64,000 nt of DNA from the human T2T-CHM13v2.0 reference genome, Homo sapiens, in the NCBI RefSeq assembly GCF_009914755.1, contig NC_060930.1; one strand, 5' to 3'. Shown here in pieces: positions 31,640 through 45,397 of the stretch (position 1 is the first letter of the stretch; every line of letters starts with the position of its first letter). The position numbers and the translations under genes were made by a program. The notes under the pieces are model-generated. The model was not told the DNA's origin, searched no databases, and saw nothing but the letters and a program-made list of their open reading frames with translations.

Positions 31640-31815
31640 AAGAAAACATTGAAACGGTTTGTGCTGCTTGCACACAACTTCATCATGCTTTAGAGGAAGG
31701 AAACATGCTTGGAAATAAATTTAAGGGAAGAAGTATTCTCCTGAAGACCCTGTGTAAACTAGTTGATGTTGGTTCAGACTCGCTCAGCCTTAAACTTGCA
31801 AAAATAATTCTAGCA
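31640..31815 (+). CDS. ARMC2: ARMC2 coding exon (176 nt, phase 1/0): EENIETVCAACTQLHHALEEGNMLGNKFKGRSILLKTLCKLVDVGSDSLSLKLAKIILA
   Basis: Acceptor ctctgacag|AA, donor GCA|gtaagt; inside ORF 31525..31944; helical ARM-repeat-like composition. Confidence 0.95.
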
Positions 31816-33885
31816 GTAAGTTTTTCTTTCCTCTGGTCTAGTAGACTATATCACATAAAAGCTTTGTTTAATGCTTTATTTTTAAATATTACAAAGAATA
31901 TTAGAAATGCAGTGTATTTGTTTAGAATCTTGGAAAAAAATTAAGGTAATAAACTGACATCTCAGAATTTGACTAGGAAATATTATCTAAGGAACTAAGG
32001 CTGAGTACATAGAAAATGTTAAAAGAAACTCAACGTTTTTGGACTGCAACTAAGTTAAAAAAAAAAAAAAGAAGAAGAAGAAGGAAGGAAGGAAAGGCAA
32101 GAAAGAAAAAGAAATAACCGTAGGCAAATACATTCAAAATGGTTGCTCAAATAACTTGACTGGAGATCAGTAGCAGATGGTGCAGGCAGTGGTTTCTCTT
32201 GGATGCTTGATTCTGTCATATGATTTAATAAATAACTAAGTAATTTAGGCCACAGTCATAATAAATCAGGTGCTTTAGGAACCAGTGTGAAACCGAAATA
32301 CAGCTGCGTGTGGTCACAGGAAGGTACCTCAGTGGTCATAGAAGGCTTTCACAAGGTGTGAGAAGAAAAGGCCAGACACCAAAAAAAAAGTCTGTAGAAA
32401 CTCTGTCTCAAACAAAATGATATCACTGTTTGAGGGGAGCACTTTGTTGTCACAGCCATAAACAGTTGGAACCAAAAGATAAGCCACAATTATTATAGAA
32501 TGTTCTAAGAGAGCCGCTAAAACAAATGAATGAAGCTTTGTTTTCTTGGTTTCATACAAGTACAAGCTTTGTGCTAACACCCCATAATTTACAGAATTTA
32601 AAATCTTACAGTACACAGTGAAGGTAAGTGTTGGCGTACTTACTGTTAGTTAATAAGAATGCCACCTTTTCTTATTCTGATAATGAAGTCTTTCATAAAG
32701 CAGAATTTTCTGAGCATATATCTATGTAATATCAGGGGGAGGCTACATTCTTATTCAGCTCTCAAACTATTAACTCTCTTTTTAAAAATTGTGATATGTG
32801 GTCAAGAAAGCAATACTTCTTTGAAATAGTGATATCACTCCAGGGCTCTGGCGGTGCAGCAGCTGCCCAAAGATTGCCTTTGCTATTTTAATCTGAATCC
32901 TAGACATTTTGTTCCATACCAAGCCAAAGAAAGAGAGAAAGAGTGAGGAAAAAAAAAAAAAGAAAGAAAGAGCAAGAAGGAAAGGAAGGAGGAAGGAAGG
33001 AACATGAATTATTTTAATGCTTTGCAGAGTAAATATTATTTCGGTTATTAATGGTGTCATTCAAATTAATTATATATATGACACAAATTTAACTATTTTA
33101 GGGCAAAAGGCTAAGTGATCTGCCAGGCAGTGAACATGTTTTGAACTAAACATATGATTAGATAAAGCCCTCTTGGTGACATTGACGGCCTTGCTGAATC
33201 AGGAGCAAGATGCTAGGCTAAACTCCAGAGTGCAGAGCTGGGTAGGTTTGCCTTCTGACTAGCTACAGAACCAGCAGTTCAGAAGGGACCTTCAAATCCA
33301 TCAAGGCCAACTTCCCATCTACTGCCTGGATCTCCTGTAACATTCCAGACAAGATCTTGTTTAGCTTAGGCCTTGGTGATGCGGTTCTATGTAAAATGTT
33401 AAAAGACTACATCATAAGAACTGTTGAAGAAGAAAAAATCAGCAAAAACTAAAGCTATATGGGACTAAGAAGTTTTTTACAACTTCTCTCTGCCTGTTTA
33501 TTGGCAAATACTGGCAAATGAAAGTTTTCCAGACAGTCATCTTAATTTTAATCTTTGTGTCAGAAACTCTTACAAAATAATATACAAAAATATATAAGCT
33601 TAAATGTTACTATATTAAGATTTTTTAAAGGAGTACAAACAAATATATACAGTATGAATGTGACTATATTTAGGAGGGAAAAAATCTAGCGCCCTATGTA
33701 CAGGGTAAAAAAAGAAAAGAAATACCAATTACCAACTGTGATGCTATATAGTGGTACTAGTATGAGTGATTTTAAACTTTTCTTACTTTTCTTTAATTTG
33801 CCAAATTTACTTTAAATAGAATAAACTACTGTTTTTAACATAAGAAGAAAACTACCCTACCACAAGAACCTACTTTGTGCCAACA

Positions 33886-34194
33886 TTTTTTTTTTTTCTT
33901 TTTCTTAAAGACAAGATCTCGCTCTTGTCACCCAGGGCTGGAGTACAGTGGCGAGATCACAGCTCACTGCAGTATCAAATTCTGGGCTCAAGTGATCCTT
34001 CTGCCTCAGCCTCCCGAGGAGCTTAGGACCACAGGCATGCACCACCACACCTGGCTAATTTTTAAAAAATGTTTTATAGAATTGGGGTCTCGCTATGATG
34101 CCCAGGCTGGTCTCAGACTCCTAGCCTTGAGCAGTTCTCCCACTTTGGCCTCCCAAAGTGCTGGGATTACAGGTGTGAGCCACTGCACCTGGCC
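33886..34194 (-). mobile_element. AluJ
   Basis: gatcacagctcactgcag, ggctcaagtgatcc. Confidence 0.85.
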
Positions 34195-34862
34195 AGAGAC
34201 TCCTCTTGACACTGGGAATACAAGTGAATAAACTAGCTCCTTCCTCTGGGGTTGCCACAGTAGCAGGGCAGACAGACAGCAAACACAGCAGGTACCAAAG
34301 GAGATAATGAGAACTAAGGGAGAAAAATAAAGCAGAGCAAAGGAAAGGGAGAGTAACAGGGAATTTTTAAAATAAGATCGTCTACATCCCTTGCATAAAT
34401 GTAAGATTTTATTATCTTTTTATGTCTTAAAGTCATAATTTTACGGTTAACAATGGAGAAGCGGTACAAATTTGCACTGACTGTAAATTGACATTATAGC
34501 AGGCCTGGAAATTGTAGTTGTCTTTTTTCTTTTCTTTGTTTTCATTTTTGTTTTTTCTTCTTATTGTTTTAATGAAAACTCTGATACAAGGTTTTGTTTT
34601 GTTTTGTTTTCCTTTGCCACTTTTTACTAAAAATGTAAGATTTGTTGGGGAAAAGGAAAGTGAGTTGTATTCATTTTTTTCATGAAGTTTTATTAAGTAT
34701 GGAACACATCCTACATACTACATATAGAAAGAGTAATAAATTGTGGTTTTGACCTCAAGGACTCACAATCTAGTAGAAGGTAGTCAACCAATTCAAATAT
34801 ATTTCCAGATATTAGGAATAATATATATTTCCATCAATATAGAAATGTTCTTCTGTTTTCTT

Positions 34863-35301
34863 TCTTTCTTTTTTTTTTTTTTTTTTACCAGTCATCTTTT
34901 ATTTGGAGGTTAATTGCCATTAGGATATGAAAGAATTCAGCAACGATCGAGATTGTGTTCCTCACAGAGGGGCTCGGGCCAAGGTCGTGGGGTGGGGGGG
35001 TGCAGAGCGTGTCCTCTTCAGTGGTATTTGCGGAGCCACTCGTGCTTGAGATGCTTGTAGGAAAAGGAGTAGCTGAAGAGCACGTAGCATGCCAGCACCA
35101 TGGTAACCCCCGAGATGCTCCCCTTCTTCACATTGATGTACTTGTAGTACCAGTAGTAACCTCTTTGAAACGCTCCGAAAATGCCACTAGGGCTGAAGTC
35201 CCCCATCAAGATCCAGCTTGGCAGCTCCCCGTTTGACCTCCAGAAGTTTCTTGTCCTTCACTGGTACAACTGACGCTATCTTAGAGTCCTGGTGTCCGCT
35301 G
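34863..35301 (-). pseudogene. Processed pseudogene of ATP synthase membrane subunit f (ATP5MF/ATP5J2), short MASVVPVK isoform
   Basis: Intronless; ORF 35018..35209 gives ...DFSPSGIFGAFQRGYY...KHLKHEWLRKYH; start ATG>ATA (35279-35277); 2-bp frameshift near 35230; AATAAA (34898-34903 on -), poly(A) tail, 17-bp TSD tgttcttctgttttctt at 34846-34862 and 35302-35318. Confidence 0.95.
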
Positions 35302-35468
35302 TGTTCTTCTGTTTTCTTAAGCCCGCTTATTTTCTGGGGGTTTTAAACAATATTATTTTAAATACCTAATCATTAAACATTTATTAAGGTTCCCATTTCC
35401 TATTTTCCTCCTGGGAACAGAAGGAATCTCCATTCTGCCATGTGTTACAGTTTCTGAAGCTTCCACAA

Positions 35469-35630
35469 CAGTGTTTCCCAGACTTCACTGTGCACATGCA
35501 TCCCCTGGGGATCTTGTAAAATGCAGATTCTGAGTCGGTAGTGCTGGGGGGGGCCTGAGATTCTGCATTCCTAATACATGCCCAGGTGATGCTGAGATGG
35601 TTCTGTGACCTATCTGAGGCACGCACTCCT
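35469..35630 (-). mobile_element. MER5A hAT element
   Basis: cagtgtttcccagactt...aaaatgcagattctgagtc...gagattctgcattcctaa. Confidence 0.8.
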
Positions 35631-35923
35631 CAAGTGCAAAGTGTGAACGACAACACCAAATTTCCAGAATAACTTTTGTAAGTGGCCTAGTGCAGGAGGG
35701 TATGCAGAAGCTGCCCCACAGGCAGTGCTCCCCTCCCCAGGCCCCTCCAGCTGGGGGCTGACCATGGCCGTTTTGGTGTCTTCTGCAGTGAGCAGCATAG
35801 CGCCTGGTACACATCAGGTGCCCAGTAAATACTTGTGGATCAAGCACAGAACAAATACTTAACAAATATGCCTGACAGATTCTATTATTTTTTTAAAGTA
35901 ACTGAAAACTCATTAATAAAATG

Positions 35924-36490
<567 letters not shown>

Positions 36491-36910
36491 ATTAAATAAC
36501 TTTAAAGATAGTTTTTAATAATAAACTAATCACCTATATGCCATCCTTTTCAAACAGAAATAATTTTTTGTTCAGATGACCTTATTCCTACAAATACATT
36601 TTTACACCTTTGTAATGAGGGCACATATTATTTCCATCTAACAGTAGGTTATAAATGTTTCCCTTTTTAGACATAATGTTCACAGTTATGCTTTTTTGTG
36701 ACTGCTTAATATGATAGTATTGATGTCCCACAATTTAATAAACTATTCCCTAATATTAGATACTTAGGATGTTTTTTATTTTTCTTTTTTACTACTTTAG
36801 ATAAATACACAGCTAACTTAGACCATTTGATTCCGTCAGTAATCCTATACTTTGCTTTTTAAAAAAAAAAACACTATATTTCCTTATCACCCCATGTTTA
36901 ATTTACTTAG

Positions 36911-37240
<330 letters not shown>

Positions 37241-37590
37241 TAGAAGGTAATTTTCAACTTTAGATGTTACTTGTGATTATCTCAAAGCATTCCAGAAATA
37301 GACCTTAAAAAGAAATATATGTATATTATCAAATTAAGCAGTATTACTTTTAAATTTTCTTTTATACAAATGATAAAAAAGACCAAAACTTTCCCCCTTT
37401 CTTTTCTTTCCTTCATCTCTACTATGTGTTCTTTTCTAAATTAATGTGAAATTTTGGTATTCATCTTCCTCTACTTTTGTGTTTTAATGCAATTACTCTA
37501 ATCAAATTTATTAACAGTGTACTGCACCCCTTTCTTCCTCATATACTCCTTTAAAAGTAACTAATAATCGCATATATAAATATGAGACTT

Positions 37591-37890
37591 GGCTGGGCGT
37601 GGTGGCTCACACTTGTAATCTCAACACTGGGAGGCTGAGGTGGGAGGATTGTTTGAGCCTGCTAGTTCGAGACCAGCCTGGGCAACATCTCTACAAAAAA
37701 AATGTTGAAAAAATTAGCCAGGCACAGTGGCACAAGCCTATAGTCCCAGCTGCTCTGGCGGCTGAGGCAAGAGAGTTGATTGAGCGCACGTGGTCAAGGC
37801 TGCAGTGAGCTGTGATGGCAGCATCACTGCACTCCAGCCTGGGCGAAAGAGCAAGACCCTGTCTCTGTAAAAAAGAAAAGAGAGAGAGAG
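37591..37890 (+). mobile_element. AluJ, followed by a short sense L1M fragment (about 37905-38070)
   Basis: TSD gagactt; then tatggagaacag...ggaggttcctcaaaaaactaaaa...gagctaccatatgat (L1 ORF2 3' part). Confidence 0.85.
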
Positions 37891-38305
37891 ACTTTATGAA
37901 GTAAGAAATATGGAGAACAGATTGGAGGTTCCTCAAAAAACTAAAAAGAGAGCTACCATATGATCTGGCAACCCCACTGCCAGGTATATACTCAGAAGAA
38001 AGGAAATCAGTGTATCGAAGATATATCTGCACTCCTATGTTTATTCCACAGTATTCACAATCGCTAAGATCTGTCATTAAAATGTTTATTCTAAAGATAA
38101 TTTATATTGTGTTTACTCTAATTGAGTTAATTAGATACCACAATTGGCAAATATGTGGTCTAAATTTTTCAAAGTTGATTTCTTTAGAACTTTTTCATGT
38201 TTAAAAATACTGTTGCTGTACTTTAAAAATAGATGTGGTTTATTTTTTTTAATACAGCATGTCTTTATTTCCTTCTGCAATAGAGATGTGTTTCTTTCTC
38301 TGCAG

Positions 38306-38408
38306 CTTAAAGTGAGTAGAAAGAATCTTCTTAATGTCTGCAAACTTATATTTAAAATTAGCAGGAATGAGAAGAATGATTCTTTGATTCAAAATGACAG
38401 CATTCTGG
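38306..38408 (+). CDS. ARMC2: ARMC2 coding exon (103 nt, phase 0/1): LKVSRKNLLNVCKLIFKISRNEKNDSLIQNDSIL
   Basis: Acceptor tttctttctctgcag|CTT, donor G|gtgagt; inside ORF 38144..38452. Confidence 0.95.
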
Positions 38409-39741
38409 GTGAGTGTCATTCAGTGCTACTATTGAGCAAATGCTGTACTTGAGTAAAAATTAGAAGTCTGGAGAGAAAATATATAATCAATGATAGCAAG
38501 AATATTTTGTTTTCTAGAAACATGCAGAAGTTATGTGATGCTCATTTTTACTTCATCCTTCTCTGTTTTCCACATTCAGTTGAATGCATCCTGTGGTAGT
38601 TTGCTCTTTTCCTTCAACACCTGTAGTAACATTATGTGACTTTACAAAGTGTTCCCCATTTAAGAATTCATTTCCTGGACTTGGATTTAATATATAGAAA
38701 AATGCATTTAATAGTATTTGACATAGTTGAAAATTTTAGTCTTTTAATATACTAGGGATGACTAAAAGTTGAAAGACATCTATAACTGTTATAGAAACCT
38801 GACATCAACATGTTTCAAATTTGTAGGTAAGGAAGTTTTATTATACCTTATCTAGCTAATGCCTAATTTTTGTTGTACTTCTAAGTAATTAAGATATCTA
38901 GTTACCTAAATGGAAATCTTTTTATTAATTAATATTGCTGATACAAGAAAAGAAAATACAAAGTATTTTCCATGCAGCAACATGGAAAATACATTGAGTT
39001 CTCTTTTTGCAACATAGGATAAATTATCTTTTCATCTTTCTTTGCCCCTGGCAGATAGGGACAAAACCAGTACTGAAAGAAATGTCTAATGTTGAATCAA
39101 CTAATTAAGAATTGTCGACTGAAAACAAATTATGTCAAATTATTACATTGACTTTAATATAATTAAATGTGAGATATGCATTATTAACGTTATTGGATTT
39201 GCCTGGATTACTCGTAAAACCAAGTAGTGGTATGTTATTTGAATAAATGTTCTTAAGTTGTCTTGGGAAAAGGATAGGCGTTATATTCAAGTTATCTTTC
39301 TAGGGTGATTGAGATTTTTTTTTAAGCCCCTTCATGGATTTCCCACTAAGAATACAGTTACAAATATATTCTTAAAGGCTTGTTGAAGTTTAACTCTTAG
39401 ATGTGTTAAATTATTAGTATTCTATGACTCAAAATTTTTGTAACAAAAAATAAAGGTCAATAAATAATTAGTAAGAGGCAAGGAATGACATTAATTAAAA
39501 GAATACTTTCTCATTTATTTATTAACAATCCCATCCTTCTGCTGAAATTACTATTACAGAGACTTATCTTAGCTAAAAGTAAGCTTTTCTCTTATACTAT
39601 ATAACTCTTAACAAGCACTTGAATGTAGATTTTGATAAATATATTTTACGAAGTGTATTTTATGTTCACACACAAGTGCTTTAATATATTTCTCTCCAGC
39701 TGTTATACTCAGACATTTATAATAATTAATCTTTTTGACAG

Positions 39742-39965
39742 AATCATTATTGGAGGTACTAAGAAGTGAAGACCTGCAAACTAACATGGAAGCTTTTTTA
39801 TACTGTATGGGGTCTATAAAGTTCATTTCTGGAAATCTGGGATTTCTTAATGAAATGATCAGCAAAGGTGCTGTGGAAATACTGATAAATTTGATAAAAC
39901 AAATAAATGAGAACATCAAGAAATGTGGTACATTTTTGCCTAATTCGGGCCACTTGCTAGTCCAG
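39742..39965 (+). CDS. ARMC2: ARMC2 coding exon (224 nt, phase 1/0): ESLLEVLRSEDLQTNMEAFLYCMGSIKFISGNLGFLNEMISKGAVEILINLIKQINENIKKCGTFLPNSGHLLVQ
   Basis: Acceptor ctttttgacag|AA, donor CAG|gtaagt; inside ORF 39735..40268; armadillo-repeat pattern (GAVEILINL). Confidence 0.95.
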
Positions 39966-41551
39966 GTAAGTATTTTACTTGAAAACGTTAGATGTGTAAA
40001 ATTAGTTTTCACATTGCCTAATGCCAGTTTTAAAAGAATGGCATGCAAGAGGCCCCTACAGCCAGGTGTGGGTGCCTGGCCTCCAAGGGCAGCAGCCATA
40101 GCCCACCTCCACCCCATGAGGGCCTGGTGCCTGTTGTCCTGGACAGGCTATTCCATGGCTATTACAAGAGCAGCTCTCCACACAGCATGCGCTTTCACTG
40201 CCCTGCAGAGAAAGCAGGCCTGGAAGAAGGAAAAAGTTGTACCTCTCTGCAAAACAATTGCATGTTAGAGTCAAAATTTTAACAAGCTGCTTAGAGTGTT
40301 GAAGATGGGCCTGGCCTGGAGATGATTTATGATGATTGGTAGCTAATGTCATTACTCTTGTAAGAAACAGAAGGTAACGGGATTGAGTGGACAGTCACTG
40401 AGGTGGGTATGTAGATATCAGGCAGCCCCGAGACTGTAGGAATGCAGGGAACAAAACTGGACGCATGGAATATAAACAGAGCAGGTAGACCAATTTTGTT
40501 ATATGTTAGGGTTTTATTACTTCTGTTGTAGCAGATTAAATTTCATAGTTAAATTATTTTCACTGGAGCTGCTCTGGCTTGGATACTCTTTTAGATGAGA
40601 TTTTACTTTTTAATAGCATTCATATATCAAATAATAGCATCTTTGATGTAATAATTCATAGGATTCGAAATGTGTTTGTCAATTAATGAGGATTGATTGA
40701 GCACTCAGAGCACACTAAGCCATTGGGAAACTGTGTTAAAAATTAGATTTAGGCCCTGCCTTCAAGATGCTTAAAATATTTAGGATGATTATTAATTTTG
40801 GACTTTGTGGTCTGTCTCCATTTTGAAGAAGATTGTGAAAACCTCTTTTAGTCATCAATGATGCACAGTTTTTCTGTATGCCCTGTTTTGGCTAGGAAGA
40901 CTTCAGAAACATTTTCCATGCTCCCAGTGTTATCGAATCATTTAATTTTTTCCCTCAATGAAAATAGTAATTTCTAATTATAGAATAATTATATTTCCTG
41001 TTAAAATGCTGAAAAGTATAAGGAAGAATATAAAAATCACCTGCAATTTTTTCACCCTGAGATAACACCTCCAGCATTTTGGTGGTCATTTATATACATA
41101 TACATAATTTAATAGAATTCTCACTTTTTAAATAACCCGTTACTTTTAATAGTCACTTTTGTTTGTTTGCTATCATTCTCTTCCCTCCCTGTTTCTCCTT
41201 CTGGTTTATCCATTTAGCTAACATTGTTCACACTGATGTGTTCAGCACCTTTTAGTACACACACAGGATTCAACAAATGGAATATTCTATGCCCTTCTCT
41301 CTCCTCATTTAACAATATGTAGTAAAAATCCCTTGAGTTAACCCTAAAGACTTATTTAATTCTTCTTAATGACTGCATAATATTCTGTGATTAGGATATA
41401 TCTCAAATTCTCAGCCATTCCCATATTGAGATATTCACTCTGTTTTAAATTTTTATGTAACAGCTTATGGGATTCTTGTCTAGTTAATCTCTTTCCAACC
41501 CCATCTTATACATATATAAATGTGGTTTGCTGTTTGCATCAACTATATCAC

Positions 41552-41607
41552 TGTGTGTGTATGTCTGTGTGTGTGTATGTGTGTGTATGTGTGTGCACCC
41601 ACACACA
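41552..41607. repeat. (TG)n/(CA)n microsatellite
   Basis: tgtgtgtgtatgtctgtgtgtg...acacaca. Confidence 0.85.
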
Positions 41608-41637
41608 TATGATCAGTGGGTATGAAGGGAAGTTGAG

Positions 41638-42033
41638 TGTTACTGTGACCAAAAATATATCAAATCAAGAAAGGGGACCTCTGGTGTGCACATATAGTAT
41701 ATTACTCCCTGTGTTACTCTTTTATGTCCCTTTCCCCTGGATTCAGCATCCTTAGGTGCAAACTGATTCACCAGGTCGGATCCCCCCTCCTTTCCTGACA
41801 TTTGTGTCCCCCCACCTCTAGGGGGCGCTGTAGAAGTTCCTCCTCACTGCCCACCACCACCTGCCACCACCTGATGGCAGTGGGCTCTGTCATTGTCTCC
41901 AAAGCCTTTCTTGGAACCAGCCTAAGGCCTGGCATGGGTGACCCACACCCCTGTCTAGCAGGAGAAAATGGAGCCCATGATGGCATCCACCCGAACTTAC
42001 TCCAGCTGTGGTCACCAAATGCCATTTGTATCA
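41638..42033 (-). mobile_element. Probable ERVL solo LTR (LTR33-like)
   Basis: On the - strand begins TGATACAAATGGCATTTGGTGACC and ends ...GTCACAGTAACA (TG...CA), about 400 bp; no TSD found. Confidence 0.4.
41815..41830 (+). promoter_or_regulatory. Candidate CTCF core motif CCTCTAGGGGGCGCTG
   Basis: Close match to the CTCF consensus CCASYAGRKGGCRS with an intact CpG. Confidence 0.55.
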
Positions 42034-42329
42034 ACTGTATCACTGTTTGTGTGTTTACAGATTTGGGAAGGAAGGAGACATTGTTTTAGTCTTTGTCATT
42101 TGCAGAATCCCCTGAATGGGACATTTCCTCATATTTAATGAAAACAAAAGCTGTTTTGTATCATACAAATGATAAAATGTAAGCAACAAGACTTCACTCC
42201 AAGAGCAGATGAAAGCCTCTGCTTTTGTGAATGTGTAACACTGACTGACTTTTCACCAGCCGGTTCATGTGCAAATTCAGCCAGACAGATCTGGCCACAA
42301 GCAGAAGTGTCTGTTTACACCAGCTTTGA

Positions 42330-42663
<334 letters not shown>

Positions 42664-45036
42664 GGAGGCATTTTTAAAAGCAGCTTTTTTCAATTGAAAA
42701 AATAAATAAATTACTTGTGGCTGTAGTAAGAATAAAATAATGTCTGCCAGCCAGAGAGAACATGACGAGGGCCAAAAAGATACAAGCAGGCAACATCTAG
42801 TGGCGTGACTGCTTTTCTTCTATGACTTTCAACCCCAAGAACCTCAGGAGCTTTGGCCCACTTTCTGGGGACCTCATATTACAGAACTTCGCTTGCTTTA
42901 ACATCTGGCACAGCGTTAGAGTCATCTTGTTTTCCAAAAGCAGCTCCGTTGGGCTCATTGAAAGAGTGGAAAACATCTTCCAAAGCTGGACCCTGAAGAT
43001 TGTGCAGGATTTGGGAAACTAGAACAAAGGGAAAAGGATGTTGAACACTCAAGTGGGAAATAAATAAGGTGTGTTTGGGAGGTGCTGAAGAGGTAGGGCT
43101 GTCTAGAGTAGAGATTCTGTGTGGGAATCTTGGAAGGTGAGATTCACAAGGTACAGCCACGAGTCTTGAATACCAGCTGCCAAGAGTGGACTTGGGGCAA
43201 CAAGGAGCAGTTGGAGGTGAGTGCATGGGGGGACGAGATGAGATCAGAGCGGCAGAAAGATGAATGTGCACAAAATGTTAAACTGATAAAGACCAAATAG
43301 CTGAAAAGTGATGGGAGGAGAACGTATCCGTGATACATGACAGATTGGAGGGCTAAGATCTCAAACACAGCAGCCCCAGTTAAGAGGCATTGCTGCAGTT
43401 AGATTTTAGACTGATTAGAATGGAGACAAAGGAATGGGTATGAAGGAAAAGCTCCTTCAAAGCAGACGGACTAATGTTGCTTAGAGGAAAAAAAAACACA
43501 GTGTTGAACTTTGGAAGGTCTTCTTTGTGTTGTTTCTTACATATATGTATACGTATGGCTGTATGTATTGATATATGTTTATCACCTGGTGGCTGAAATC
43601 AAGAGACACTCATTTCACAAGTTTTGTGGCGTGGCTGCTCTGTGTCAAACATGTTCTGGGTGATGAGTAAGACAGGAGAGCTGTCAGTAGGCACCTACTT
43701 TTTGGTGATCCCTGTATCCAGATAATAGTATTCCAATGCTTATTCTTCTGCAAAATTATGGTACTTCCACATGGCCAACATTGCATTCAGTTCTGCATGT
43801 CAGAAATGTAATAGCATTTTGAGAAGGACAAGATGCTCAGAGAAACTGGGTGCTGCCACCTGTGCATCAAGTCAAAGCGTGAATAGCCCCAGGCTGGCAA
43901 AACTGGAGATGCGAGTTTGTCTGTAAAGTCGTAAGAGTAAAGCAGGTTAAACTGTGCATGTTCACTGAACTCCAGAACACTAGAATTTAGGGTGAGCTCC
44001 CTGGAACTTGGAAAAACAGAAATATAGGCCAACTAACAGGCAAGGCCCCTAAATGCCAGTAGTAAATTGCACCACCAAGGAGGTGGCACAGATGGAAAGA
44101 GGGACTTGTCAGTGTTGCTCTAGAATGGATTATCATGAGGTGTTAGGGTTCGTCTGTGACCTTTAAAGAGCTACAGTCGGGCAGGCATGACACAGGAGCT
44201 GAAGGAAACTCCTGGGGTCACCTCCATCTGAAAGTCTGTTTTGGTCTCTGTTGTGCCCTTTCCTGGAGAACAGAAGAGTCTTCTGTCTATGTCACAATCA
44301 CAACTAAGCCCAAATTCTCCCGGTGTCTCCTTTGTCCTCTGTGTCTTGAGAACATCATGTACAAAGCTGCTTTGCTGTGATTGAAGGAAATCTCAATGTA
44401 CTTACATTAACAGCTAGGTAATTTATAGGTGTACAATGTAACTATTAAAGCTCAGATTGACTTGAACTTGCATGCCTATTTTTTGGATTCACTTGTACTT
44501 CCAATCTGTTTTTTCTTTACAGCCTGACCCAGTTGATTTTGAATTCAATCCTTAGAGAAATGTATTATTTGCCTTCTTTAGATATACTGTTTTTGAAGTT
44601 AGAACTGTTCTGCAGCACCCCAGGTAACATGGTTTTCTTTTCCTCTCCACAGCCCCCTACCCCCGCTTCTCTGGCCCCTAAGCCTGCAGACACCTCCCTA
44701 GCAGCTCCCGCAAATCCAGATCCTCTCCCCCTTGCTCAGTACCATACCACTGTCATGTTCTTCCTTTTTCTAAATGGAAGTCTCTCGGGAAGGTCGGTCC
44801 TCCCACCTCATCAGTCCTTTCCTTCCTTCACTCGGTTCCTTCCTTTTGTTTTTAGGGTTTAGGGAATAGGAAAGTGTATGGAACAAAGAGAGCTGACTCA
44901 GACAATTTGAGCCTGGATAGTTCAGAAAATAATAAATGATGGTATCATGAATAGAAATTAGAGAGTTACAGAAAGGAACTGGATTTGGTGAGAGGAGGAA
45001 AGAAAATTGTGGGAAGAAAATTATGTTAATTAGCTT

Positions 45037-45397
<361 letters not shown>

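Noticed and set aside
39966-40268. 100-codon in-frame read-through past the exon donor (ORF 39735..40268)
   Set aside because: The donor CAG|GTAAGT is perfect consensus and the extension has no ARM-like character; no support for an alternative terminal exon from sequence alone
42790-42806. Second CTCF-like motif on the - strand (CCACTAGATGTTGC)
   Set aside because: Two mismatches in the critical GGC core
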